A DNA stretch of 64,000 nucleotides from NCBI RefSeq assembly GCF_030028105.1, contig NC_092378.1, positions 99,561,731-99,625,730 on the forward strand. The letters are read 5' to 3'. Of the stretch, positions 37,870 through 49,953 are shown in pieces (positions within the stretch are counted from its first letter, which is position 1; every line of letters starts with the position of its first letter). Origin of the DNA: Mobula birostris. Taxonomy: Eukaryota. A model generated the notes under the pieces. That model saw only the letters and a list, made by a program, of their open reading frames with translations. It did no database searches and had not been told where the DNA came from. A program made the translations under genes and the position numbers.

Positions 37870-38745
37870 TCAGGTTCATTTCTTGCAAGTGTACTCAATA
37901 AATCCATGATAGAATACTAACCTTAGCAGAATCAATGGAAGACTGCGCCAACTTTGGCATTCAACCAGTGTGCAAAATATACAAACTGTGCAAACACAAA
38001 TATAAGTAAATAACAAATAAATAAACAATAAATATAAAGAACATGAGATGAAGAGTCCTTGAAAGTGAGTTCATAGGTTTTGGGGACATTTCAATGATGA
38101 AGTGAAGTTGAGTGAAATTATCTCCTTTTTTCAAGAGCCAGATGGTTGAGGGGTAGTAACTGTTCCTGAACCTGGTGATGTGAGTCCTGAGGCTCCTGTA
38201 CCTTCTTTCTGATCATAGCAGTGAGAAGAGAGCGTGTCCTGGGTGGTTGGGGTCCCTGATGATGGATGCTGCTTTCCTGTGCCACCGTTTTACGTAGGTT
38301 TTCTCAATGGTAGGGAGGGCTTTATCCGTGATGTACTGGACCATATTCACTACTTTTGTAGGATTTTCTGTTCAAGGGCTTTAGAGTTTCCATACCAGTC
38401 AATATTCTCTCTATCACTCATCACTCATCCAAAGAAGTTCATCAAAGTTTTACATGCCATGGCAAATCTTCTCAAACCCCTAAGGAAGCAGAGGCACTGC
38501 CGTGCTTTATTCCTAATGCCACTTGCGTGCTGGGAGCCCAGGACAGGTCCTCTAAAATAATTACACTGAGGAATTTAAAGTTGCTGATCCTCTCCACCTC
38601 TGATCCTGTGATGAGAACTGGCTTCTGGACTTCTGGTTTCCTCCTCCAGAAGTCAATAATCAGGTCCTTGGTCTTGCTGACATTGAGTGAGAGGTTGTTG
38701 TTAAGGCACCACTCAGCCATATTTTCAGTCTCCCACCTCTATGCT
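37870..38745 (-). mobile_element. Rex1/Babar LINE 3' fragment
   Basis: ORF 38472-38720 WCLNNNLSLNVSKTKDLIIDF...VERISNFKFL. Confidence 0.8.
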
Positions 38746-39284
38746 GATCAGAATCAGGTTTACTATCACGGGCATGTGACGTGAAATTTGCTAACTTAGC
38801 AGCAGCAGTTTAATGTAATACATAATACAGAAAAAAGATAAATGAAATAATAATAATAAATAAATAACTAAACAATTACAGTACATTATATTGAACAGGT
38901 TTTAAAAAGTGCAAAAAACAGAAATACTGTATACTAAAAAAGTGAGGTAGTGTCCAAGGGTTCAATGTCCATTCAGGAATCGGATGGCAGAGGGGCAGAA
39001 GCTGTTCCTGAATCGCTGAGTGTGTGCCTTCAGGCTTCTGTACCTCTTTCCTAATGGTAACAGTGAGAAAAGGACATGCCCTGGGTGCTGGAGGTCCTTA
39101 ATAATGGACACTGCCTTTCTGAGACACCGCTCCCTGAAGATGTCTTGGATACTTTGCAGGCTAGTACCAAAGATGGAGCTGACTAGATTTACAACCCTCT
39201 GCAGTTCCTTTCGGTCCTGTGCAGTAGCCCCTCCATACCAGACACTGATGTAGCCTGTCAGAATGCTGTCCACGGTACATCTAT

Positions 39285-40667
39285 AGAAACATAGAAACGT
39301 AGAAAATAGGTGCAGGAGTAGGCCATTCGGCCCTTCGAGCCTGCACCACCATTTATTATGATCATGGCTGATCATCCAACTCAGAATCCCGCCCCAGCCT
39401 TCCCTCCATACCCCCTGACCCCCGTAGCCACAAGGGCCATATCTAACTCCCTCTTAAATATAGCCAATGAACTGGCCTCAACTGTTTCCTGTGGCAGAGA
39501 ATTCCACAGATTCACCACTCTCTGCGTGAAGAAGTTTTTCCTAATCTCGGTCCTAAAAGGCTTCCCCTTTATCCTCAAACTGTGACCCCTTGTTCTGGAC
39601 TTCCCCAACATCGGGAACAATCTTCCTGCATCTAGCCTGTCCAATCCCTTTAGGATTTTATACGTTTCAATCAGATCCCCCCTCAATCTTCTAAATTCCA
39701 ACGAGTACAAGCCCAGTTCATCCAGTCTTTCTTCATGTGAAAGTCCTGCCATCCCAGGAATCAATCTGGTGAACCTTCTTTGTACTCCCTCTATGGCAAG
39801 GATGTCTTTCCTCAGATTAAGGGACCAAAACTGCACACAATACTCCAGGTGTGGTCTCACCAAGGCCTTGTACAACTGCAGTAGTACCTCCCTGCTCCTG
39901 TACTCGAATCCTCTCACTATAAATGCCAGCATACCATTCGCCTTTTTCACCGCCTGCTGTACCTGCATGCCCACTTTCAATGACTGGTGTATAATGACAC
40001 CCAGGTCTCGTTGCACCTCCCCTTTTCCTAATCGGCCACCATTCAGATAATAATCTGTTTTCCTATTTTTGCCACCAAAGTGGATAACTTCACATTTATC
40101 CACATTAAATTGCACCTGCCATGAATTTGCCCACTCACCCAACCTATCCAAGTCACTCTGCATCCTCTTAGCATCCTCCTCACAGCTAACACTGCCACCC
40201 AGCTTCGTGTCATCCGCAAACTTGGAGATGCTGCATTTAATTCCCTCATCCAAGTCATTAATATACATTGTAAACAACTGGAGTCCCAGCACTGAGCCTT
40301 GCGGTACCCCACTAGTCACCGCCTGCCATTCTGAAAAGGTCCCGTTTATTCCCACTTTTTGCTTCCTGTCTGCCAACCAATTCTCTATCCACATCAATAC
40401 CTTAGCCCCAATACCGTGTGCTTTAAGTTTGCACACTAATCTCCTGTGTGGGACCTTGTCAAAAGCCTTTTGAAAATCCAAATATACCACATCCACTGGT
40501 TCTCCCCTATCCACTCTACTAGTTACATCCTCAAAAAATTCTATGAGATTCGTCAGACATGATTTTCCTTTCACAAATCCATGCTGACTTTGTCCGATGA
40601 TTTCACCGCTTTCCAACTGTGCTGTTATCACATCTTTGATAACTGACTCCAGCAGTTTCCCCACCAT
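39285..40667 (-). mobile_element. Young 5'-truncated CR1 LINE
   Basis: Octamer tail (+ strand atagaaac atagaaac gtagaaa); flanking near-duplication catctatagaa (39278-39288) and catctatggaa (40665-40675). Confidence 0.93.
39381..40667 (-). CDS. CR1 ORF2 C-terminal RT portion, open frame of 428 aa (truncated)
   Basis: QHGF, YLDFQKAFDKVPH, SGVPQGSVLG, FADD and LVRPHLEYC with no stops. Confidence 0.88.
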   Translation of the reverse strand: MVGKLLESVIKDVITAQLESGEIIGQSQHGFVKGKSCLTNLIEFFEDVTSRVDRGEPVDVVYLDFQKAFDKVPHRRLVCKLKAHGIGAKVLMWIENWLADRKQKVGINGTFSEWQAVTSGVPQGSVLGLQLFTMYINDLDEGIKCSISKFADDTKLGGSVSCEEDAKRMQSDLDRLGEWANSWQVQFNVDKCEVIHFGGKNRKTDYYLNGGRLGKGEVQRDLGVIIHQSLKVGMQVQQAVKKANGMLAFIVRGFEYRSREVLLQLYKALVRPHLEYCVQFWSLNLRKDILAIEGVQRRFTRLIPGMAGLSHEERLDELGLYSLEFRRLRGDLIETYKILKGLDRLDAGRLFPMLGKSRTRGHSLRIKGKPFRTEIRKNFFTQRVVNLWNSLPQETVEASSLAIFKRELDMALVATGVRGYGGKAGAGF

Positions 40668-41069
40668 CTATGGAAGGTATCACCTTTGATTCGGCCCGCA
40701 GCAGTGACATTGTCAGTAAACTTAAATATGGCACTGGAGCTGTGGTTAACCACATAGTCATAAGTGTAGAATGAGTAGAGCAGGGGGCTAAGCACACAGC
40801 TTTGTGGTGCACCTGTGCTGATGGAGACTGTGGAGGAGATGTTGTTGCCAATCCGAACTGGATTGGCAACAACATCCAGCTATCTGTCCAGATTCAAAAG
40901 TTTTTAATTGGCTGCAAAGCACTATGAGGTCAGGAACTGTGCTATATAGTGTTGTCTTTCCTCACAGACATTGGGACAAAATGTTATTGAGATCCCACAT
41001 GTGATTATGCTGAAATAATATTTTCTATGTGGAAATAAACTCGGGGCCAAAGCAGAGGAGAGTGCTTGC

Positions 41070-41490
41070 GGTAAAAGGATGAGACATTGGGAACGCTCAA
41101 CAGCATTGGCAGCGTCTGTGGAAGGGGCAAACGGGGTCAATGGTTCAGATCGGCGTGACCAGTTACAAGTGTGAGAAAGTGAAATATTTCATTGGGACAG
41201 CGAAGGCGATGGGGATGGGGAGAGAAGGTGGTGCAGGAGGGAGGGAGATTTAGTCACAGAGGTTGGCAGAGAGGGGTAAAAGATGTGAGAGAGGATGAGA
41301 GGGGGTTTAGTAATGGGGAGGAGGGTGGGCAGCATTGGGTGAAGATAGGAGGGGGTGTGAATGAGAGTGTGGGGAGGAGGGATGATAACAGACTGACCTG
41401 AGGCAGGAAAGGTGACTGGAGTGGAGGAGAGGGAGGGTGGTGTTGGGAAATAATAGGAGGCTGAGAGACAGCCAATGAGGAACGTAAGTG
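41070..41490 (-). mobile_element. Degenerate PLE-like 3' terminus (purine-rich)
   Basis: ggaacgctcaacagcattggcagcgtctgtgg followed by a GA-rich tract, as in other PLE termini. Confidence 0.4.
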
Positions 41491-41959
41491 AATACTTGGG
41501 TGAAAACTCGTCCATGCTGTATTTTTCAGTTAATGAGCTTACTCAGAGTCAGGGATTGGTGTAGCATAACAACAGGACTTTTTACCCACTGCACCCAGGC
41601 CAACCATCTCTATGTGTACTGCGTTAATTACACACGCCTTCATGCCTTTCTTGTTCAGTCCCTGTCCAGCTGCCCCTTAAATGACCACCAGCTTCACTGG
41701 CAGTGTATTTCAGATACTAACTACTACTAATGTGGAACACATACCCTTCAGATCCTCTTTAAACCCTCCCACCCTCTCACTGCAAATATACTCTGGTTAT
41801 CTACTTTATTTATGGCTTTCACTTCTTTACATTCCTCTATCATGTCACCTCCACAACTACCCTCTGCTTCCTACCACCAAGCCAATTTATATCTGCTTGG
41901 CTAGCAACCCCTGTTCCCATGTGTTCTCACCTTCCAGACCAGCCAACCATGTGAGGTCT

Positions 41960-42950
41960 TGCTAAAGTCCAGGTGGACAACACCTACTGGCATGCCCTCA
42001 CCAATCTCCATCTCTTCAAAAACCCAGATGAATTTCTGAGATCTGATTCCTCAAACACAAAGCCATGTCAACTGCCCATATTCAGTCCTTAAATTTCCAA
42101 AGGCAAGTAAATTTTGCCCCTCAGAATCACTTCCAATAATTTCCCCACCACTGAAATAAGGCTTGCTGGCCTTGGGTTATCCCTGCTGACCTTTTTAACT
42201 AAAGACACAAATTAGCTATTCTCCAGTCTTCCAATACCTCACTTGTAGCTAACAACATTACAAAATCTCTACCAAACTCTTCCTTTGTTTTCTCATATCA
42301 TCCTACACACACTTGGTCAGGTCATGGGTATTCATGCATTTCTGGTCGTTCAACACTTCCTCCTTTGTAATGTTGATAAAGGAGTATCACTGATCTTCCC
42401 TTTCCCCACCATCTCACACCAATCTCATTAACTTCCTAGTCCTTCTCCATGGTGAAAACAGGGAAGAACTATTCATTTGAGACCTCACCCATTTCCTAAG
42501 GCTTCACACATACAGTAGATTACCACTTCGATCCTTTAGGGGGCCTACCTACCCTTTTACTCTTTTACTCTTAAAATACTTAATAGAATCCTTTTGGGGT
42601 TTCTTTCATTTGATCTGCCTGGGATATCTTGTAGTGTTTTCTTCTCACGTCCCTTATAACCTTCAAAGGATTTGCCTGATAATGGATGTCTATACTTGAC
42701 ATATGCCTCTATTTTTATTCTAACCAGGCCCTCAATATCTCTTGTCAACCAAGATTCTCAAATCTCACCAGGAACACTCTGACAGGAACATACTAGCCCT
42801 AAACTCTTACCTCATTTTTAAAAGTCTCTCACTTGCCAAATATCCCTTTAGCTGCAAATAGTCTTTCCTGATCAACTTCTGAGAATTGCTGTCTAATACT
42901 ATCGAAATTGGACTTGCTCTGACTTAACACCTCAAATAGTGGACCAATCT
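41960..42950 (-). mobile_element. Old degraded CR1 fragment
   Basis: Residual RT-region motifs, e.g. ccccaccactgaaataaggcttgctggcc (antisense of RPASLISVVG). Confidence 0.6.
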
Positions 42951-44149
42951 TTGTCTCAAGGTGTTTCCCCACTGACACTTCAGATGTAATTGTCAGGAAC
43001 ACTTGACTTCTCCCAGATCCCCTATATTTTACAGAAGGATACCAGGGTTACCAGAGATGTGCTCAGGAGAAGCAATAAAAAAGCTTTCTCAGAACACTCC
43101 TCTCTTTGGGAAAGCTGTGGGGGCATCAGGTGAGGAGCAGGGTGGCAGCTGCCTCTGGGCCACCCTTCACCATAGTGACATTTCAGCCCACAGTATGGAA
43201 GAGACCCGACCCTGAAAAGAAATAGGCAGATGATCCAAAGCTTGATCACCTGGAGGAAGACAGAGAAATGGAGAGCCATGGGGGTCAGGGAGGAAATTCC
43301 AGAGCAGAGGATCTTTGCAGATGAAGATACATGACCAATGACCTATGGGATGACTGGAACAAGTTTAAATAACAAAACCAAGCTGAACTGGCTATTGTAA
43401 ATTACCCTGGTGTAATTGAGTGGTAAGTTGATCAGTACATATGGGATTGATCTGTGAGCCAGCATTCACTTGATGGGATGAACATCCTCCTTCTGTGTCA
43501 TAAAGAAATATGAGAAATGTGAAATGAGAGAAATGAGGAATGAGGAGTAAAAATCATTGCCAAAACCCAGGGGACGTGTGAATCCACAATTCATCTTTAT
43601 CAGTTGGAATGCTCACCTGTACTAAACTAAGTGATGCAACATCTGGACACATTAGTTCATTTAGATTCGGTGACCTCATACTGTTTCAGATCAGGAAATT
43701 TCATTGTGAATTTATGTTGTGTCATCTCCAATGAAATCCTACTGGGTAGGTTGAACCGAGACTACAAAGTCCATCTGTACTGTCACAGCAGGGTGATGCA
43801 GATGGTATCTTCTCCAATTCCCACCTCCATACCCCAGCCTCCTGCTCACTAAACCCTTCCCCAAACTATCATGGTTTTCTCTGAGAGGCAGCCACATTAA
43901 GTCCAGCATGATTTGTAAACCAATCAACTTAATATTTCTCTACCATTAAGCTCAGTTATAGCACTTGGTACTGAATCGCAAAGTTATGGATTAAATTGTA
44001 CTCCAGTGACTATTCTGATCACAGAATCTATGCTGTCCATTAAGTGCTTCACTATATTGATAGATGATCCATCTCCCTTCCTCTTGTGTTCCCTATTGTT
44101 AACCCAAGCCAGCCTTCAGCCAATATAATTCATTTCATGTGCTATTAAG

Positions 44150-45390
44150 AAAGCACCATGAGCAATGGATAGAACAAGTCCCACGGAAGCAGAAAACATC
44201 CCAGATATGTGAATGAAGATCAGTGCTCCAGAACTAGTTGTATCTCCAGCCAAGCTGTCCTGGTTGGTTACAACATTCAGGTCTACCTGGTCATGAGGAA
44301 AATATCTCAGGAGCACCCATTCACAAAAAAAGCAGGACAAATCCAGTCTGTTTAATCACTACCCAAATAATCTACTCCCTATCATCAGCAAAGTGATGGA
44401 GGGTGTCATTGACAGTACTAACAATTGGCACTTACCCATCAATACCCTATTCACTAATGCTCAGCTGGGTTTCACCAAGCCGATTCTCATCACTGCCTCA
44501 GATGAGACATGAACCAAGATTTCCAGAGGTGAGGTCAGAGCCTTTGTCTTTGACACCATGGCAACATTTAGCCAGTTGTGGCATCAAGGAGTCTTGGTAA
44601 AACTGAAGAGGAAAACACTCAAATAGTTGGAGTCATACTTTCTCTAAATAAAGGTGACTATAGACTTCGGTGATCGATCATGCCAGGACGTCATTGTGAA
44701 AGTACCTTGACCCAAGCATCTTCAGCTGCTTCATCATAAGATCAGAAGTATGCTGATGATTGTACAATGTTCAATTTGTAGTTCCCTGGCAAATAAAGCA
44801 GCCCATGCTTGTGTTGAACAAAATATTCAATTTGCAATGATATTTATTATATAATATTCATGCCAATGAAGTGCCAGACAATGGGCCAGAGAGTCTAATC
44901 CTATCCATGTCATTCAATGACATTACCGCCACCAAGACCTCAATATCCTAGTTGTCACCATTAATCAGAAATGTAATTGGTTTAGCTAAGTGAATGCTGC
45001 TGTTATAAGCGTGGTCGGAGCTGGATTTCCACAGACTACATAGTATAAATCAGAAGCATGATGGAATACAGTACTCTCCACTTGTCTGGATGAGTACAGA
45101 CAAATCTTGACAAACTTATCATAATTGAGGACAAAGCAGCCCCCTTGACTGGCACTTCATCCACTGCTTTAAATCATCCCTTTACAACCTAGCTCCAGGC
45201 TGTACAACCTATAAAGTACATTTCAGTACTCACCTAGCCTCTGCCAATAGCACCTCACAAACACTTAGCTCCATAACCAACAGGGACAAGACCAAAAGTT
45301 GCATTGAAATATTAACAACTGCAGAAACCTCCAAAGTCATGTTTTGATTTGGAAGTGTATTACTCTCCTTTCACTGTCGCTGAGCCTGAA
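44150..45390 (+). mobile_element. Old degraded CR1/L2-group LINE; similar remnant at ~56060-56520 (-)
   Basis: Remnants of SLLPIISKVMEG, (F)SCFI and YADD-like motifs with many indels. Confidence 0.5.
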
Positions 45391-45714
45391 TCCTTGGTCA
45401 GATAGCTATTTGTTATGAACTGCTGGTTGCAAGATTTTACTTCCCTAGGGATTGGTATCCACATATTGAAGATTTTTCCTTAACTTGCCTGACACTTGAA
45501 ATTTTATTGTAAGAGTTCAAATGAAATGTCTATATTCTTTGGCATTGTGATACAATCTTTGAGCATTCCCAAACTAAGCTTTTGTCACTTGACTACTTTC
45601 CATGTGTCTTTTGCTCTCTTTGTAAGACCTAGGTGATCATGGTTCTTTTGTTTCCATGCTCTCGTGATGTTTAGCCTACCTTCAGTTTAGCCTATGCTTA
45701 GCCTATGGTTTTAG

Positions 45715-46655
45715 AGCCATAGAGTGGTACAGCACAAAAATAAGCCCTCTGGGTCGCTGAGTCCACTCTGACCATTAAGCACCCAATTTCACGCTAATCC
45801 TATCCGAACCCATTTTATTCCTCACACATTCCCATTATTCACCTTTCCCCTCCCATTCCTGATTCTACCACTTACCCAGAAACTTGAGGCAATCTTACAC
45901 AGTCTAATTAGCCCACCTGCCCACATTTTATTAGGATGTGGAAGAAAGCAGGAGCATCTGGGAGAAACCCTTGCAACGGCAGAATGTGCAAACTCTACAG
46001 TCATCACTGGATAACGGGATCAAACTCTACAGTCATCACTGGATAACGGGATCAAACTCTACAGTCATTACTGGACAACGGGATCAAACTCTACAGTCAT
46101 CACTGGATAACAGGATCAAACTCTACAGTCATCACTGAACAACGGGATCACACTCTACTGTCATCATTGGATAACAGGATCAAACTCCACAGTCATCACT
46201 GGATAACAGGATCAAACTCTACAGTCGTCACTGGATAACGGGATCAAACTCTAAAGTCATCACTGGATAACAGGATCAAACTCTACAGTTGTCACTGGAT
46301 AATGGGATCAAACTCTACAGTCGTCACTGGATCACAGGATCAACCTCTACAGTCATCATCGGACAACAGGTTCAAACTCTACAGTCATCACTGGACAACA
46401 GGATCAAACTCTACAGTCATCACTGGATAACGGGATCAAACTCCACAGTCATCACTGGACAACGGAATCAAACTCTACAGTCATCACTGGACAACAGGAT
46501 CAAACTCTACAGTCATCACTGGATAACAGAATCAAACTCTACAGTCATCATTGGACAACAGGATCAAACTCTACAGTCATCACTGGACAACAGGATCACA
46601 CCCAGGTCACCGGAGCAGTGAGGAGCAACACAAGCAGCCCCACCGCTGTGCTGTC
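45715..46655 (-). mobile_element. V-SINE-like element with internal minisatellite
   Basis: V-domain reverse complement at 45930-45995; tRNA head (caggatcacacccaggtc...) at 46590-46655. Confidence 0.75.
45989..46596. repeat. Minisatellite, 19 x 32 bp (caaactctacagtcatcactggataacaggat)
   Basis: Unit starts at 45989, 46021, 46053 ... 46501, 46565, an exact 32-bp phase with substitutions only. Confidence 0.95.
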
Positions 46656-46837
46656 CTTATGGTTCAGCACTTATTGACAGAGATGGAGGAAGCCCCATGC
46701 CCCATGCCTAAGAATGAAAGGCTCAACTTTCTAATTTCTCAAATACAAGGAAATCTGCACATGCTGGAATTTCAAGCAACACGCACAAAAATTGCTGGTG
46801 AATGCAGCAGACCAGGCTGCATCTATAGGAAGAGGTA

Positions 46838-46878
46838 CAGTTGACGTTTCGGGCCGAGATCCTTCGTCAGGACTAACT
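46838..46878 (-). ncRNA. Minimal type-I hammerhead ribozyme motif (PLE pLTR)
   Basis: - strand tagtc CTGACGA aggatctcggccc GAAA c GTC aactg. Confidence 0.6.
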
Positions 46879-49584
46879 GAAGGAAGAGTTAGTAAGAGAT
46901 TTGAAAGTGGGAGGGGGAGGGGGAGATCCAAAATGATAGGAGAAGACAGGAGGGGGAAGGATGGAGCCAAGAGCCGGAAAGTTGATTGGCAAAAGGGATA
47001 TGAGGCTGGAGAAGGGAGAGGATCATGAGACGGGAGGCTGAGGGAGAAAGAAAGGAGAAGGTGGGGAGCCCAGAGGATGGGCAAGGAGTTAAAGTGAGAG
47101 GGACAGAGGGAGAAAAAAGAGAGAGAGAAAAAAATGGAAAGAAAAAAAAAATAAATAAATAACGGATGGGGTACGAGGGGGAGGTGGGGCCTAGCAGAAG
47201 TTTGAGAAGTCAATATTCATGCCATCAGGTTGGAGGCTACCCAGACAGTATTGTTCCTCCAACCTGAGTGTGGCTTCACCTTTACAGTAGAGGAGGCCGT
47301 GGATAGACATATCAGAATGGGAATAGGATGTGGAATTAAAATGTGTGGCCACTGGGAGATCTTGCTTTCTCTGGCGGACAGAGCGTAGGTGTTCAGCAAA
47401 GCAGTCTCCCAGTCTGCATCGGGTCTCGGCAATGTATAGAAGGCCACATCGGGAGCACCAGACGCAGTATATCACCCCAGCCAACTCACAGGTGAAGTGT
47501 CGCCTCACCTGGAAGGACTGCCTGGGGCCCTGAATGGTGGTGAGGGAGGAAGTGTAAGGGCATGTGTAGCACTTGTTCTGCTTACAAGGGTGTGCCGGGA
47601 GGGAGATCGGTGAAAAGGGATGGGGGGGGACGAATGGACGGGGAGCTGTGTAGGGAGCGATCCCTGCGGAAAGCAGAAAGAGGGGTGGAGGGAAAGATAT
47701 GCTTAGTGGTGGAATCCCATTGGAGGTGGCGGAAGTTACGCAGTATTATATGTTGGCCCCGGCGGCTGGTGGGGTGGTAGGTGAGGACAAGGGGAACCGT
47801 ATCCCTAGTGAGGTGGCGGGAGGATCGGGTGAGAGCAGATGTGCGTGAAATGGGGAGACGCGTTTGAGAGCAGAGTTGATGGTGGAGGATGGGAAGCCCT
47901 TTTCTTTAAAAAAGGAGGACATCGCCTTCGTCCTGGAATGAAAAGCCTCATCCTGAGAGCAGATGTGGCGGAGACGGAGGAATTGTGAGAAGAGGATGGC
48001 ATTTTTACAAGAGACAGGGTGAGAAGAGGAATAGTTCAGGTAGCTGTGAGAATCCGTAGGCTTATAGTAGACATCAGTAGATGAGCTGTCTCCAGAGATA
48101 GAGACAGAAAGATCAAGAAAGGGGAGGGATGTGTCGGAAATGGACCAGGTAAACTTGAGGGCAGGGTGAAAGTTGGAGGCAAAGTTAATGAAGTCAGTGT
48201 GCTCAGCATGCGTGCAGGAAGCAGCGCCAATGCAGTCGTCGATGTAGCGAAGGAAAAGTGGGGATAGATACCAGTATAGGCTTGGAACATGGATTGTTCC
48301 ACAAAACCAACAAAATAGCAGGCATAACTGGACCCATACGGGTGCCCATAGCTACACCTTTAGTTTGGAGGAAGTGGGAGGAGCCAAAGGAGAAATTATT
48401 CAGAGTATGGACTAATTCCGCTAGATGGAGGAGAATGGTGGTAGAGGAGAACTGGTTGGGTCTGGAATCCAAAAAGAAGCAGAAAGCTTTGAGACCTTTC
48501 TGGTGGGGGATGGAGGTATATAGGGACTGGACATCCATGGTGAAAATAAAGCGGTGGGGGCCAGGGAACTTAAAATCATCGAAAAAATTCAGAACGTGAG
48601 AAGTGTCACGAACATAGGTGGGAAGGGATTGAACAAGGTGGGATAAAACAATGTCGAGGTATGCAGAAGTGAGTTCGGTGGGGCAGGAGCAAGCTGAGAC
48701 AATGAGTCTACCTGGACAGGCAGGTTTGTGGGTCTTGGGTAGGAGGTAGAAACAGGAAGTGCGGGGTGTGGGAACTATAAGGTTGGTAGCAGTGGATGGG
48801 AGATCCCTTGAGCTGATAAAGTTGGTGATGGTGTGGGAGACAATGGCCTGGTGCTCCTTATTGGGGTCATGATCGAGGAGGTATCCGCGAGTTGTCGCTG
48901 TGCCTCGGCAACGTAGAGGTCAGTATGCCAGACTACAACAGCACCCCCCTTATCAGCGAGTTTTATAGTAAGGTTAGGATTAGTGCAGAGGGAGTGGAGA
49001 GCACAGTGTTCGGAAGGAGTGAGGTTGGAATGGGAACAAGATGCGGTTGATGTCCCCTCGGCAGTTAGCGATAAAGAGATCCAGAGCAGGCAGAAGACCA
49101 GAGCGGGGTGTCCATGAAGAAGAGGAGGGTTGAAGACGGGAGAAGGGGTCATCGGTGGGATGGAAGAGTCCTTGCCGAAGAAGTAGGCTCGGAGACGGAG
49201 ATGGCGGAAGAAGAGTTCCGCATCGTGGCGAACACGGAACTCGCTGAGGTGTGGGCGAAGCGGGACAAAGGTGAGGCCCTTACTGAGGACAGAGCGCTCT
49301 GCCTCAGACAGTTGAATGTCGGAGGGGATGGTAAAGACCCGGCATGGATGAGAGCTGGGATCAGAGGGGGGAGGGGGGAGGCTGGGGGTGTCAATGGAGA
49401 GGGGAGGGTTGGGGTGAGAGGAAGAAGGAGCCTCTGAGGGCCCAGGAGTAGATGATGGGATGTGAGGGAGACAGAAGACTTTCCAGCTCTTAGTTCCATC
49501 CCTCCCCCTCCTGTCTTCTCTTATCATTTTGGATCTCCCCCTCCCCCTCCCACTTTCAAATCTCTTACTATCTCTTCTTTCAGT

Positions 49585-49622
49585 TAGTCCTGACGAAGGG
49601 TCTCAGCCCGAAACATCGACTG
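49585..49622 (+). ncRNA. Minimal hammerhead ribozyme motif (PLE inverted pLTR)
   Basis: tagtc CTGACGA agggtctcagccc GAAA c ATC gactg; stem I agtc/gact. Confidence 0.55.
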
Positions 49623-49953
49623 TACCTCTTCCTAGAGATGCTGCCTGGCCTGCTGCGTTCACCAGCATTTTTTGCGTGTGTTTCTAATTTCTCAACAGCT
49701 CTCAAATGGGAGGTTAGAGAAGAAAATGTGGGAGCCCTGGCTGAGATACTTGCATCATTGTTAGCCATGGGTGAGGTGCTGGTAGACTATAGGATGGCAA
49801 ATGCTGTGCGTTTATTTAAGAGGAGCAGCAAAAAAAAACCTGGGAACTATTGGCCCGAAAGCCTAACATTTGTATTAGGTCAGGTACTGGAGAGGCTTCT
49901 GAGGGATAAGAAACAAGTACGGTACATCTGGAAAGACGGGTTGATTAGGAGTA

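Larger units (their letters stand above)
38746..40860 (-). mobile_element. Rex1/Babar LINE (internally deleted) hosting a CR1 insertion
   Basis: C-terminus 38962-39280 (YRCTVDSILTGYISVWYG...RFRNSFCPSAIRFLN); RT piece 40672-40860 resumes after the CR1. Confidence 0.8.
46743..49680 (-). mobile_element. Near-full-length Penelope-like element (RT plus GIY-YIG, frameshifted) with inverted 5' terminus and 15-bp TSD
   Basis: RT: MDVQSLYTSIPH, GVAMGTRMGP, RYIDD (~48232-48249). GIY-YIG: GVIYCVWCSRCGLLYIAETRCRLGDCFAEH. 3' pLTR 46743-47190; inverted pLTR ~49480-49680; TSD tttctaatttctcaa at 46728-46742 and 49681-49695. Confidence 0.92.

Noticed and set aside
45989-46596. CRISPR-like array (32-bp periodicity)
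   Set aside because: The units are contiguous with no unique spacers, there are no cas genes, and the context is eukaryotic; it is a SINE-internal minisatellite.
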